Assembly: GCA_051294375.1 (NCBI GenBank)
Contig: JBJCIZ010000282.1
Span: 1-64,000 of the forward strand
DNA: 64,000 nt
Direction of reading: 5' to 3'
Origin: Paraspadella gotoi
Taxonomy: Eukaryota > Animalia > Chaetognatha
The first letter of the stretch is position 1. Each line of letters begins with the position of its first letter. This document shows, one piece after another, positions 50,221-63,522 of the stretch. A program made the position numbers and the translations under genes. The notes beneath the pieces are model-generated. The model searched no databases, was not told the origin of the DNA, and saw nothing but the letters and a program-made list of their open reading frames with translations.

Positions 50221-51224
50221 TCTGTTGATCTGCGTACTTATATATTTGATATTTCTATTCATAGTAATGTGGTCCCTCTGCCCTTTACTTAAACACTNNN
50301 NNNNNNNNNNNNNNNNNNNNNNNNNNNNNNNNNNNNNNNNNNNNNNNNNNNNNNNNNNNNNNNNNNNNNNNNNNNNNNNNNNNNNNNNNNNNNNNNNAGT
50401 CATCGAAGCCCAGGAGACCGGGACCGAGTTGTGTGGAAGAGATGGGCTGTTGGGAAGGGGTAGAGAAATCATAAGAAGTCCTCAACAGCCTGGTTTCCGC
50501 CTCTACGGGACCCCTCCATCTGCTCCGAGGCCTGTTTTTGTCGTATAATTTTCTCCGCGGGGCCTCGGTCGGAATCTCTATTAGCGCGGCGTGCAGGGGC
50601 ATGCGGGCCAGTTTTTTCCTCAAGCAATAGCGCTACAGTTTTTTAGTCATGCGCTGCCTGCTAAAGGTCCTCTCCTTCCGTAAGTTGATAAGCGTTCGTC
50701 ATTCTGGAACCCGTGCGTTGTCAAAAGTGTTCACGAAGTCACGTGCATAGGTTGCGTTGCAACCATTTTGCATTCATTTTTCTGGTGATCTCGGGTATAG
50801 CAGGTCTCTTTCCAAGGCTGAATTTTTACCCAGTTTTTCAGTGTTCGTGTGATACTCATGTTATTCTTTCCCGCGGGTTCTGGGGTAATTTTTTTACATT
50901 CGAGGCAAAAGTAAAATGTCGCCATAGTTTAGCAAAAACATAGATCGATCCCCTTGCTGCGAGATCGCTCAAGCCGTACCGTGAACTTATGTGTCAATTA
51001 CTTGCCTGGCTCATTCGCTTCTCAGAGTCACGTATAGAGAAACGAATTTTTATAAGGTTACCCGCGTGAAACCTTGGGGCTGCTTTTTGACCGGTCCGTT
51101 TTTCCACTTCCCGTACGATCGAGACACGACCACCCGGGCCATTTGACTTTCGTTCTAATTCGCGCTCCTTTACCGGGGCTTTCCATCGTTCGCGGGTAGT
51201 TTGTTATCTATTTCGTCATGGATT

Positions 51225-51860
51225 CTCCGCGATCGCCCTGACGGTAGTCATGTGGAGCAACGGTTCGTATACCCGTGCATGCACACTTTTTTTTTAAAAT
51301 ATTTTTTTTCTCCGGGATCTCGCCCTGACGGAGTCACGGCGATTTCTCGGACTTATCGTTGCGCTAGTATATTTTACAAAAGATTGTTGCGATGGCGCGG
51401 GGACTCTGCGAAAAACCTTAGCGAGGGAGCTAAGGAACGCAGCTTCGCCGAGTCGCCTAGATTTTCCCCTTTGAGAAGCGGCCCGGCCCTGACGGAGGTC
51501 ACGGCGAAGTCACGGTTCGATACCCGTGCATGCACCACTTTTTTCTTAAATATTAATTTTTTTTTTTTACTCCCGGATCGCCCTGACGGAGTCCGGCGAT
51601 TCTCCGGACTTATCTGCGCTGTGATTTATATACGACATAATGGAGACGGGCGGGTAGAGAAAGGCGTGGGCCCGCGATCTTCTCTTTACCTAGCGACATC
51701 CCCGTTACCCGTAATACACGAAATGGCGAACGAACCCGTCTGGTTCCGACGTTCACCGTTTCATGAATTTCCCCCAGCGATCGCCCCTGACGAGTCACGG
51801 GCGTATCACGGGATTCGAAATCCCACGCATGCACCACCTTTTTTATATTTTTTTAACACC
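51225..51860 (+). repeat. GC-rich ~270-290-bp tandem repeat with CGCCCTGACGGAGTCACGGCG hairpin motif
   Basis: Motif recurs about 5 times; GCATGCAC followed by a T-run recurs 3 times. Confidence 0.7.
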
Positions 51861-52559
51861 GGTCTCCGTCTCGCTTGCCTCCAGTCAACCGGCGGGATAT
51901 CTCAAATTGCCGGACGTACGCCGGGGGACTTCCGCCGAAAATCCTCTAATCGCGTATCGTGACCGTTGCCCGGGCGGCCAGCGCTGCCTCGACATGCGCG
52001 GGAATCTCAAATCTTTGCGGTCGACGATTCGCGCGTGGACCGCGAAAGACATTCATGGTTACCAAAAGACCGTGCCACGTCGTTTTGCCCAGCGCTTGCA
52101 CATACCGCCGACACGCTATCCTGGACGGAGGAGCCGTTGCACGGTCAGGACCTCAAATAGCCCGTCTCCCGGTGCCTGGGCGATCAATGGTCGACGCAGA
52201 CAACTGATGAGCTCTCCAGTCCCAAGCCACGGCTCGGGCGGGCCCGATACCCGCTGCCTGCCTCTACAATAGGAGAATCGATTCACTACGAGGTTCAACC
52301 CAATAGGAATACGGTTAAAGAGGCTCTCTTATAAGGCGTAGGGAGACACTCAAATTATCCAGAAAATGTAGACCCATCCCAATATACTTAGAATCTCTTT
52401 AGGGAAAAATAAAAATTTTGCCGGAGCCAAATCAATTAAAGGACGTTTAACATAGGATCCTATTGCGTTGGAACCTCGTACAGGCCGTATTTTAGGCGTG
52501 CACAACGGGCAGGCCAACAAAGAAAGTTTACTACGAAATCAAAAATAGTAACATTTGTA

Positions 52560-54120
52560 CTTACGGGTTAGGGTTGAGCAGTTTACACACGTAATTAAAT
52601 AATACTAATATTTGAAACTTACGGGGTTAGGGTTTAGCAGTTTACGTGATATATTAAATGAAAATAAATACAGATGTATGACGATTCTGGCTAGTGTTAG
52701 GGTTGAAGAGTTACAAAAATATAAAATAAGGAGTTTATGAGGTTTTTCGAGTTAGGGTTTTAGGGGTTAGGGAGTTTACAAAGCGCGTTTTTTAGCTAAG
52801 GGGTCTTAGGTGTTGACAGAGTTTTACAATGAGATTAAAATATTTGGACATATTGAATTTTTGTAGTTAGGGTTAGGGTTTGGGAGTTTACAAACGCGTT
52901 TTTTAGCTAGGGTTAGGGTTGAAGAGTTTACCAAACATAAAAACGTGAAGGACGTATTGAGTTTTTTTTGAGTTTAGGGTTCAGGCAGTCTGAGAGTTAC
53001 AAATGCAATTTTGTTAGCTTGAGCGTTATGTGATGTCTTGGTTTAGGGTTAGGGTTAGGGTATTGAATATCGTTATCAAAGCACTTGGCGTTAGGGTTAG
53101 AGAGTTTATACAAATTTGTGTTTTAGGCGTTAGGGTTTTGAGTAGTTTTTAGGTAGATATGTTTGGCATTTTGAGTTAGGGTTAGGGCTTGAGTAGTGTA
53201 GGTTAGGGTTAAAGCAATTAATGTCGCATTTCGCATGCTGACCTACATTCTAGCGTTCTAGTTATGGCGATTTCCGCCTAAACTAAACTCAGATTTAGTT
53301 CAGGGTTGAGTTGGTTTAGGGTTAGGTGAGTAGGTAGTCAGTTAGAGGTTTAGGCGTTGAGTAGTTTAGGTTAGGTGAGTGGTTAGGTTAGGGTTAGTTA
53401 AGTTTAAGTTTATCTCGTTTAGGCTATATTTAATGTCCAATTTTAGGGATAGGGGTAGGGAGGTGTTGTGTGATGCCTAGAGGCCCGCGTTAGGTAGGGT
53501 TGAGCACGGAGATTGTATCGAGAGCCTGGGCTCCGGTTTAGGGGTTAGGTTTGGAGAGAGGCCGTGGGTTATATATCGAAGGGGCATTAGGGTTAGGGTT
53601 GAGGTACGGAGGGATGTACGGAGGGCCCGGGCCTGTTGTTTAGGGTTAGGGAGAGGCATGTGAGTTGAATGAGGCTTGGTTTAGGGTTAGGTTGCGGGAG
53701 GACCCATGGTGATGCAGAGGGGGTGGGTTTGGGGTGAGACGGGAGATTGTTACGGGTAGGCTGGCCTGGCGTTAGGGGTTAGGGAAGAGGCATGGGAGTT
53801 GAACGGGAGCTATGTTTAGGGTTAGGGTTGGGGCGAGGGCGCCCGTGGTTGATGCATTCGAAGGCCCGTGGTTTTGGGGGTTGTTTTGTTAGGGTTTGAG
53901 GCACGGAGATTTACGGGAGGCTGACGGGTAGGGTTAGGTGGATGGCACAGAGTTTGAACGGCAAGGCCTTGGTTTAGCGTTGGGTGGGGAGGGGCCGTGG
54001 TTGAGACACAAAGGCTGGGGTTAGGGTTTGAGGCATGGAGATGTACGGGCCCAGGCCCGGATTAGGGTTAGGGAGAGGCACAAGCTTTGAACGGGAGTTT
54101 GGTTTTAGGGTTAGGGTTGC
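52560..54120 (+). repeat. Degenerate TTAGGG-rich (telomere-like/subtelomeric) satellite
   Basis: Dozens of TTAGGG and GTTAGGGTTAGGG motifs, all on the plus strand, separated by repeated spacers. Confidence 0.85.
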
Positions 54121-54339
54121 GAGAGGAGCCTGAAGGTGTTATGCTTCATCCCCGTTGTTAGCTGGCTTTTCTATGTAATCGTACAGTTCGCCAGTGGGAC
54201 TGGCGACATCGCCAAAGCCCTGGCGATATCGCCATGGCAAGTCGCCAACCAAACTAGCAACCAGCTATCAGATACGTTACTTACTAAACATACTCGGCGT
54301 ATCTATCCAATTTTTAATAAACATAATTATTATGAGTAA

Positions 54340-54860
54340 ATTTGTAAATATAACTGTCAAGTGTAAATATGACTTTTGTTTTTTCCTTTTATCATTTCCC
54401 ACTTGGCACGCATTTCTCATTCGAAAATTTTATATCCAGCTCAATCACACACTTTCCTACCATCACTACAACAATTTAAAGTCAATTGCCCTATTCATCA
54501 TGGAGCAATTGACGTTCAGATAGTTGAAATAGATTTTTGTTTTCCATTAAACCAGATTTCCACTCGCACGATTCCATCGAAACTTCTTATTCATCTCAAT
54601 CACACAGTTTTCCTAACCCACACACAAAATTTCATACCAATCATCCCATCCACACGAGAATGGAGTATTTTTGCTAAGGGGGGTAGGACAGACCGCGCAC
54701 GGACGGACGCGATGGACATCATTTTTTTGCATAATTTATCATAATTCAAGGTTCAGATATGGTAATAATGATTTACCGACAATATTTTGGGGTGGGACCG
54801 ACGGACCGACAAAGTGAATTATAGAATCGGAATCTGCTGATAAGCAGACCCGACTAAAAA
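54340..54860 (-). mobile_element. H1 element 5' part, minus strand
   Basis: Reverse complement of the H1 head (hairpin at 54826-54856) and GGAC repeats. Confidence 0.72.
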
Positions 54861-56416
54861 CAATGAGCAAGTAAAAAAAAAGATAAAAATAGAAAAAAAA
54901 TTGGAATAAAAAATGAAATGGAAGATGGATTAAAGATGAGAAAATAATGAAAAATTCTTAAAAAAGAGAATTAAAAATGAAAACAAGGTGAAATAAAAAT
55001 ACAAAAAGAAATTAAATATTATCTAACAAGTTTGAGCAAACAATGTTGGATCTGCCTACAATAAATCAGCTATCAGATTGACTAAAGTCTTGAATGACTT
55101 GCCTCGAGGCACCAATGCTGATGAACGGTTGGTGGATTTTAGTCCACCATACTACTATGATCACACACTTTTATAAAACTTCATTGTAATTCATAATTAT
55201 TTTTATTTAAAAAAAAATTGTAAGTCCCAGCCAAAACTATAAAAGCGTAGTTTTTATATAAAAAAGCATCCATGGTATATCCTTTCTTTTCGTTGTTGTA
55301 TAGAGATTTACAAGGAAATTTGAATTGTTACAACGATTTGATTTTATTAATAATAAAATCGTTGTAACAATTCAAATTTCCTTGTAAATATAAAAAAGCG
55401 TAACGCCGCCGACAACGACGACGACGTCACAAAAAAGCTCACCCGAAACAATATCGAGCCTGGCCCGGCTTTACCGGCAGGCTCGATAAAAATAAAAGTA
55501 AAAATGAAGTAAAATTAAATTTAAAAAAAAGTAGGAATGAAAAAAAAAGAATATATCATCGCAGGAGATCAATCTCATCAGAATCAAAAACGGATTGTAT
55601 ATATTTTTAATAAATTTTTGGAAGGAGAAGCAAGATTTCTTATTAGTAACAGTTAAAAGATATGCAGATTTAATAAAATAAAACCCAATAACCAAACTTT
55701 AAGCAAAAATGCGATAAAATTCTCAAAGACCTAGGAGTCCATAATTTGTTTTATTGTAATTAGGACATATTAAACAACCGGAATCCCCAGTACAGTAATG
55801 ATTCTCCATATACTCCATAGTATGACCCCCCCTAGTGTGGATGAACAACAACAACACTCAACCTCAAACTTGTCTTAATCTCACTCTCTCTTTCTCTCTT
55901 ACTTACTTTCTCCTTTTTACTGTTATTGTTTATAACCTTGTTAGAGAATAAATCCATTCTTGATCTAAAATCTGTTGCATCCACACGTGGTGACCCTTGT
56001 AAACAAAAAATAATATTGGTTAATCCAATGTGTTGCGCCGCTGTGACTTTACTTTCACATGTATTTCTCGTGGCTTAAATTTCAAGATTTTCCCTTCTTA
56101 TCTAGATCAATCATGCACTTTGAGCACTTGGAGTTTAAAGCTAAGGTAGGACGGACATACGGAATAATGCACGGACAGATATTTTTTTGGCCTAATTTTT
56201 CGTAATTCAATGTTCAAAGATGATTAAAGTGACTGATTAAATGGGGCGACATTGAAGTGAAAAAATAAAAAAGAAATAAAGAATGTAAAATAAAAAGAAA
56301 GAAAAATAGAAAGAAAGAAAAAAAAAGAAAAAGGAAATATAGTAAGATAGAATCATAAAAAGTTAAAAAAGTAGAGAAAAAAAGCATAAAAGAGAAAGAA
56401 AGAAATAGAGAGACGA

Positions 56417-56448
<32 letters not shown>

Positions 56449-57284
56449 AANNNNNNNNNNNNNNNNNNNNNNNNNNNNNNNNNNNNNNNNNNNNNNNNNN
56501 NNNNNNNNNNNNNNNNNNNNNNNNNNNNNNNNNNNNNNNNNNNNNNNNNNNNNNNNNNNNNNNNNNNNNNNNNNNNNNNNNNNNNNNNNNNNNNNNNNNN
56601 NNNNNNNNNNNNNNNNNNNNNNNNNNNNNNNNNNNNNNNNNNNNNNNNNNNNNNNNNNNNNNNNNNNNNNNNNNNNNNNNNNNNNNNNNNNNNNNNNNNN
56701 NNNNNNNNNNNNNNNNNNNNNNNNNNNNNNNNNNNNNNNNNNNNNNNNNNNNNNNNNNNNNNNNNNNNNNNNNNNNNNNNNNNNNNNNNNNNNNNNNNNN
56801 NNNNNNNNNNNNNNNNNNNNNNNNNNNNNNNNNNNNNNNNNNNNNNNNNNNNNNNNNNNNNNNNNNNNNNNNNNNNNNNNNNNNNNNNNNNNNNNNNNNN
56901 NNNNNNNNNNNNNNNNNNNNNNNNNNNNNNNNNNNNNNNNNNNNNNNNNNNNNNNNNNNNNNNNNNNNNNNNNNNNNNNNNNNNNNNNNNNNNNNNNNNN
57001 NNNNNNNNNNNNNNNNNNNNNNNNNNNNNNNNNNNNNNNNNNNNNNNNNNNNNNNNNNNNNNNNNNNNNNNNNNNNNNNNNNNNNNNNNNNNNNNNNNNN
57101 NNNNNNNNNNNNNNNNNNNNNNNNNNNNNNNNNNNNNNNNNNNNNNNNNNNNNNNNNNNNNNNNNNNNNNNNNNNNNNNNNNNNNNNNNNNNNNNNNNNN
57201 NNNTACAAGTGCGGAGCGAATGACTTGCCTCCGGCACCATTATGGCCGTGATGAAACAGTTGGTGGATTTAATCCACCATAGGA

Positions 57285-59878
57285 TTAAGTATTTTTTTGT
57301 TTGGAATTTCCACTTCATTATGATATACTGCAATATGCAAATGAGATTATAGTACTCATTATAATATCCAAATTAGTATATAGAAATGCTTTAATCTAAT
57401 TTACATATTGCAGTATATAATATTGAAGATGAAATTCAAAAAAAAAAATTTTATATCTATAATAAAAATGGAAAATCAAAGGACCTTTTTAATGAGAAGC
57501 TATATCTTAATTTTAATACAAACAAAAATAAAATCTTTTACAGGCTATGATTCTTTTATTTCTTTAAATTATATATATATTTTTTTCTCTTTTTCTGAAA
57601 AAAACGAGTTAAGGCTCTGCAGTGACTGTACAGCAGCCTTCCAGCAGCTGTCCAGCTTTGTCTCTCTCTGTCTCTCTCTGTGTCTCTCTGTGTCTCTCTC
57701 TCTCTCTCTCTGTACGATTTTTTGCGTGATCGTTCGCTTTTTTCCTTTTAAAAACTTTTATTATCGATATTTATTCCGCGCCTTTTTCTCAATACAAAAT
57801 GCCAAATTTACATCTGAGATTTTCGTGGATTTTTTTGAGAAAATGTAAAGAATAACTTACTTGACCTGGATTTTGTGGCCGTTGCGGGGCAATAACGCAT
57901 TTTGAAGGCAACGGAAACGTTACGGGTATAAAAAAAATCAACTTGACCGAGATCACGCCGCCGTTGCGAGGCCATCTTTCTCTCTCTCTCTCTCTCTATC
58001 TCTTTTTTTTTCTTTCTAAAAACTTTTATTATCGCCATTTATTCCGCGCTTTTTTCTCAATACATAATCCCAAATTTACATCCAAGATTTTCGTAGATTT
58101 TTTTTCTAAAAATTCTGATTATTCTTTATATAAACAAGAGTGACCTAATAATTGCATCAATCATTTTATTATCATCACATCAGTCATTTCGTTATCATCG
58201 CATCAATTATTGGTTATCATCGCATCAATATTGGTTACCATCGAAAGCTGGCTCGATCCTTATGCTTTTAAGATTTTTTATCGAGCCATGACCGGCGAAG
58301 CCGGTTCAGGCTCTATAATGTTTTAGGTTTGCTTCTTTGTGACGTCGTCGCCGTCACGCTGTTTTTATATAAAAACTACTACGCTTTTATAGGTTTGGCT
58401 GTGACTTACCGTTTTTTTTTTAAATAAAAATTATTATGAATCATGATAAAGTTTTTACAAAAGTGTGGCGATCATAGTAAGTTAAATTTAGATATGGCTT
58501 CTCATCTTGAAAATAACTTTGATATTTTCTTATTACTTTTGGATTTAAGTATTTTTTGTTTGAATTTCCACTTCATTATGATTTACTGCAATATGCAAAT
58601 GAGATTATAGTACTCATTATAATATCCAAATTCAAAAAAAAATTTTTTAAATCTATAATAAAAATGGGAACTCAAAATAACTTTTTAATGAGAAGCTATA
58701 TCTTAATTTTAATACAAATAAAATAAAATCTTTTACAAGCTGCGATTGGAAAAAATTGGAAAAATTTCCAATTGTAAACCATGTAACATTTTTAGCCTTT
58801 CTTTTATTTATTTTTTAATTATATATATTTTTTTTCAGGCGCTGCCTTTTCTGAATCGTTTAAAAACGAGTTCAGTCTCTCTCTGTCTCTCTTTGTGTGC
58901 GTCTGTCTCTCTCTGTACGATCTCTTGCGTGATCGGTTTCGTTTTTGAAAAATTCTGATTATTTTTTTCTTTCTAAAAAACATATATATTTGATCAGGCG
59001 CTGCCTTTTCTGAATCGTTTAAAAAACGAGTTCAGGCTCTCTCTCTCTCTCTCCCTCCGCCTCCCTCCCTCTTCTCTCTCTCTCTTTTTTTTTACAAAAA
59101 AAAAATTATTCACTTTTTTTACCACCGTTTTTTGAAAATTCTTATTATTTTTTTCCTTCTAAAAACTTTTATTATCGCCATTTTTTTTCTCAATACAAAA
59201 TCCAAAATTTTCATCGAGATTTTCGTGGATTCATTTTAGAAAAAAGGAAGAACAACTTATATGCAGGCAATGTCACATGTACATCAACTTGTGTGACAGG
59301 TAAGTGATACCTGCTATATATCCGGCAATTGCGCGGATTAATATAATATAAAATATAATAAAAAAAATATAACAATCTAAAATTTCATTCAAGATTAAAA
59401 CTTTTTAAGATGAGGAAATAAAATTTATTTGAATAAGTAAAAAAAATATTTGGAAGTCAAAATCTCATAGTCGTTAACTGATTATTGTCAACTATATATT
59501 TTATTAATAGATATTATAATTTTTGACTGTTATTATTGAAAATAGTTTTTGCCTTATAGCGACGAGTTTTCATTTCATACAATCAATATCAATCTCATTA
59601 TTTTAAATAATATGCAAAAAAATAAGGTTTTCAACCTCATTTTGAACTAGATGAACAAAAGACTTCAGTCTTATTTCAATTGAAAAAAAAATAGAAATTT
59701 AATTGATGCTTCATCACACTCTAATAAAACAATTTTATTTTTATCACGCCACTTTTTTCTTAATACAAAATCCCAAATTTATTTCCGAGATTTTCGTGGA
59801 TTTTTATATTTTTCCTTCTAAAAACTTGTATTATTATTTTATTTTTCTCTCTATATTTCTCTCTCAATCAACTCTCTG

Positions 59879-59923
<45 letters not shown>

Positions 59924-60168
59924 AATTAACTCATCACGTCAATGAATGACTAGCATCGCATCAATGAATGACTATCATCGCATCAATCAATGACTATCAT
60001 CGCATCAATGAATGATTATCATCGCATCAATGAATGACTATCATCGCATCCATCATTTGGTTATCATCGCATCAATCCTTCGGTTATCATCGCATCAATA
60101 TTTGGTTATCATCGCATCAATATTTGGTTATCATCAAAAGTAGGCTCGATCCATATTGCTTTTAAGAT
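57285..60168 (+). mobile_element. Two head-to-tail H2 elements (junction ~58275)
   Basis: 3' end GGCTCGATCC...GCTTTTAAGATT at ~58250-73 is followed at once by a new ATCGAGCC head; second 3' end at 60143-68; 22-bp ATCATCGCATCAAT-containing repeats at 59940-60135. Confidence 0.7.
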
Positions 60169-60240
60169 TTTTTCCTTTATGAATTAGTAGGTAAACTCTA
60201 TTGTAATCAATGTGGTAGTAGTACACTGTACAATGTACAA

Positions 60241-62294
60241 TAGGGTGGAGTGATGAAAAGACTGAGCGATGGAACAATATTTTTTTGCTGCCTTTGTATA
60301 ATATGTATATGTAATAAAAAATAATTAAGCAATTTTTCAAAAAAAAAATTGCATAACAGCATGATTAATTGAATTTTCTTTATAGTAATATCCTTTTAAA
60401 ATCATAACATTTTTAAATCATATTTTTTTAATTTTATGAACAGTTTTGGATTCGTCGGAAAAAACTGAAAAACTTTTGTAAAATATGTTACATGATATTT
60501 TTAGGTTAAAGCTTCGAAAAATGACCAAAACGTTTCATCATATAATAGTTTCTACTACAAAGTATGAAAAAGTAGAGAATTTGACCTTTTTTTTACATTT
60601 TTGACGCTGAAGACATTGCAATTTTTCATAACATATTTTATATTTTTGATTAGAGAAAGCAAAGAATTTTGAATTTTTAACACGACTTTTTTACTTCATA
60701 AAGTTTTGTATCTATTGTTTTCGTCTTTGTGTTTTATTTTAAGCACTTTCTCATGTCATTTATAATCTTTATCTCTCCATATAAAGACTTTTCTCTCTTG
60801 TCTGCATAATCACGCAATGTAGAATGTGTAGGATTACGCTTAGAGATTTGATGATATGTAGTTAGAAAGTAGAGAGTTATGAGTTGGTTATATATAAGCT
60901 TCTTTCTCGGCTCTAACAAATGTGTGTTTGTTGGATGTACTCTATTGTTATTATTAGTCGCGTTTGTCAGATGTGAAGTACAGTCGTTTTTTTCATATGT
61001 GTTTGAGGTTGTAGATTTGTTATGCTTGTTTGTTTCTTTTTGTATAACTATGATAGCTTGGTCAAGTTTGTTTAGACGAAGATGTAGAGTAGTTCAGATG
61101 AGTCTAGAGTGAGAGATACACTCTATATCACTTAACAGGGATTATCAATATATTAATATATGCATTTAATTTTTTGCAAATGTACCAACAAAGATAAAAA
61201 TCGTTCTTTTTTTGATTTTATACTATATATCTATTGCGTTGAAATCTTATCATTTAACTAGTGAATAAATAAGTAATTAGCTAGGGATAGTTAAGTGAAA
61301 TTAAAATATGAAAGAAAGTTTTTTATAGTTTTAGTTAATAATTAGGAGACTAAGAAAGTGAAATTCAAGGGAAAAAAAGAGCTCAAAATTAGTTGGCCCC
61401 TTTGTTTTGTGCAAATGAAGGACAAGGACGATGAAGACGGGTCATTGGCATGTCAGTGGCTGAGAGGAGAGTACGACCAATCTGGTAAATGCCGCATTGG
61501 AAGCGATCTCGCGGAAAGATCCCCAGGGCCACTCTTATGTCTCTTTGGCCTGATACGCCTGCCGGCTGCCCTCTTCTCGCCTGCTGACGAGGTGGGCGGT
61601 TGTCCGTTCTTGCCACTTTTGTAACAGGAGTGACGGACTCCTCTCCCTCCTCCTGAAGCCGTCGTTTTGGGCGACGCTCAGTCCAAGAGGAGGGGCTGAG
61701 TTGCTGCATTAGAGGGAGAGGCATCGTTTGCCCATTGCCTGCCGGCAAGGGTCTCCGCCTGTCTCGTTGAGTGGAGATAGGGGAGTCATTGTGCGGGCGT
61801 GGTGGCGGCGGGCCTCCACCACGCTTTTGATAAGCGAATCATAGCTTGGAGGGAGATCGAATCGTCCTCCATCACTGTTCAAAGAGGGCTCGAGGGCTTT
61901 GATGTAAATTGCCTTTCTAATACCTCTTGAGAACCAGTTCGGGTCATGGGACAGCACGAGACAGTCTGATTCCCTAAAAAGATGGCCTGTGTCTGCCGAA
62001 TGTTCAGCAATTGGGGACAAATAGTGACCTCGGGTCACGGGTAAGGGTTTTTTGTGTTGTTGGAATCGATCTGTCGAACGAAAAAGAAAGGATTATCGCA
62101 TCATATATTTTTTGATATAACTTTTTATGAAGAATCAGAATCTTTAACAAAAATTGCAAAAAAATTATTTTGAAAATTTATGATTTTATAAGGATATTAC
62201 TATAAATATATTGTAATTAATGATACTGTTCCCCAAACAATATAATCAAACGATCTCACGTCTAAATATCTTTGTTCACTCAAATAAAATTTCT
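60241..62294. mobile_element. Second hAT-1 copy, interrupted (~60650-62100) and lacking its right TIR
   Basis: Starts TAGGGTGGAGTGATGAAAAG; collinear with 11710-11885 plus 14541-14962. Confidence 0.8.
61709..62070 (-). pseudogene. Penelope-like element GIY-YIG endonuclease C-terminal fragment
   Basis: RFQQHKK...SPIAEHSADTGH...VLSHDPNWFSRGIRKAIYIKALEPSLNSDGGRFDLPPSYDSLI fits the typical PLE C-terminus. Confidence 0.85.
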
Positions 62295-62576
62295 GTCTGT
62301 CTGTCCGTCCGTCCGCCCCACCTTAGCAAAAAACTCCAATTACTCGTGATTGGATGGATGGATGGATTGAAATAAAATTTTGTGTGTGGGTAGAGAAGTG
62401 TGTGATTGAGCTAGATATGAGGTTTCGATGGAATCGTGCGAGTGGAAAAGTGTTTAAATGGAAAAAACAAAAAAAGAATTTCACATTTTGAACGCCAATT
62501 ACTCATAAGTGGACACTGGACAGGGCGATTGACTAGAAATTTTGTATGTGGGTAGGAAAGTGTTTGATTAAGCTGG

Positions 62577-63522
62577 CTTAGCAGTTTACGCTATTTTCAA
62601 TGTGTAAATTTATTACAAAGAGAATTTGAAATACGAGCAAAAGTTTATTTACTTATTTACAGTTTTAAAGCGCAATGAGATAAATGAAATTTGCTAGAAA
62701 TAATATTGCAACCATTCGGGCCGAGGGCAGCTTCATTTATGAAATCATAGTCTCTCCTTCCTTATTCCTCGGCCCATGAAACTTCCCCTTTGCCCCAGTC
62801 CCGCTCGAAGCCCTGTGATTCGCTGAGGTGGTTCATCATGATCGAATGAGAGATAGAGAGAGAGGGAGAGCGAGAGGGAGGGGGGAGAGAGAGAGAGAGA
62901 GAGATGGGGTTGATCGAAAAGGGGGGAGGCGGATCCCGTATCCGCTGACGCGCCCCCCGCCGCCCATGACGAGGGGCCAGGTCTTAGAATGGCGCCGAGT
63001 CCTTCTAGCGCCCCGAGGTCCGTCCGATGGCGGCGTCGACGTTCCTCCCGATCGCTTCCGCTTGACGCCTGATGCATCCGGTCGCGCACTGACAGCAGCC
63101 GCAGCAGACGCACAGCGCGACCACGCCTCCAATGGCGATGATGCCCATCAGGGGGGCCAGGTTCACTAACCAGTTCCAGATTTCGATTTGTGAGGAATCA
63201 CCGAAGATCCGCCGGATAAACGATGATGGCGATCCAGCGGTGATCTCACCCAGACGTTCGTTGAACCTCTGGGTTTGTCCGATCAACTTGGCATGGCGGT
63301 CCATGAATTGGCCCACCTCTTCGTAGATCGAGGATTCGCTGGTCACGTGGTGCTGGGCGTCCGGAAGCGTGGTTCGGAGCGTTTGGTATTTCTTGAATGG
63401 GTTCCCGTCATTGTCCACGAATTTGCTTCCTTGCTGATACACTGGCGGAGGCGAGCATGACTTTCGAAGGAGGAATCGATCACGTGATGATATATGGCGT
63501 GGCGATACGCTTCCCGTCCTCC
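62577..63522 (-). mobile_element. env: Diverged family A relic: env 3' end + PPT + 3' LTR (62577-62950)
   Basis: Clear nucleotide homology to 33888-34793; encodes ...EIWNWLVNLAPLMGIIAIGGVVALCVCCGCC. Confidence 0.93.

Noticed and set aside
56353-57333. Long ORFs spanning N runs (also 6814-7266, 8817-9551, 50209-50623)
   Set aside because: Artefacts of assembly gaps at 6870-7154, 8842-9482, 50298-50397 and 56451-57203.
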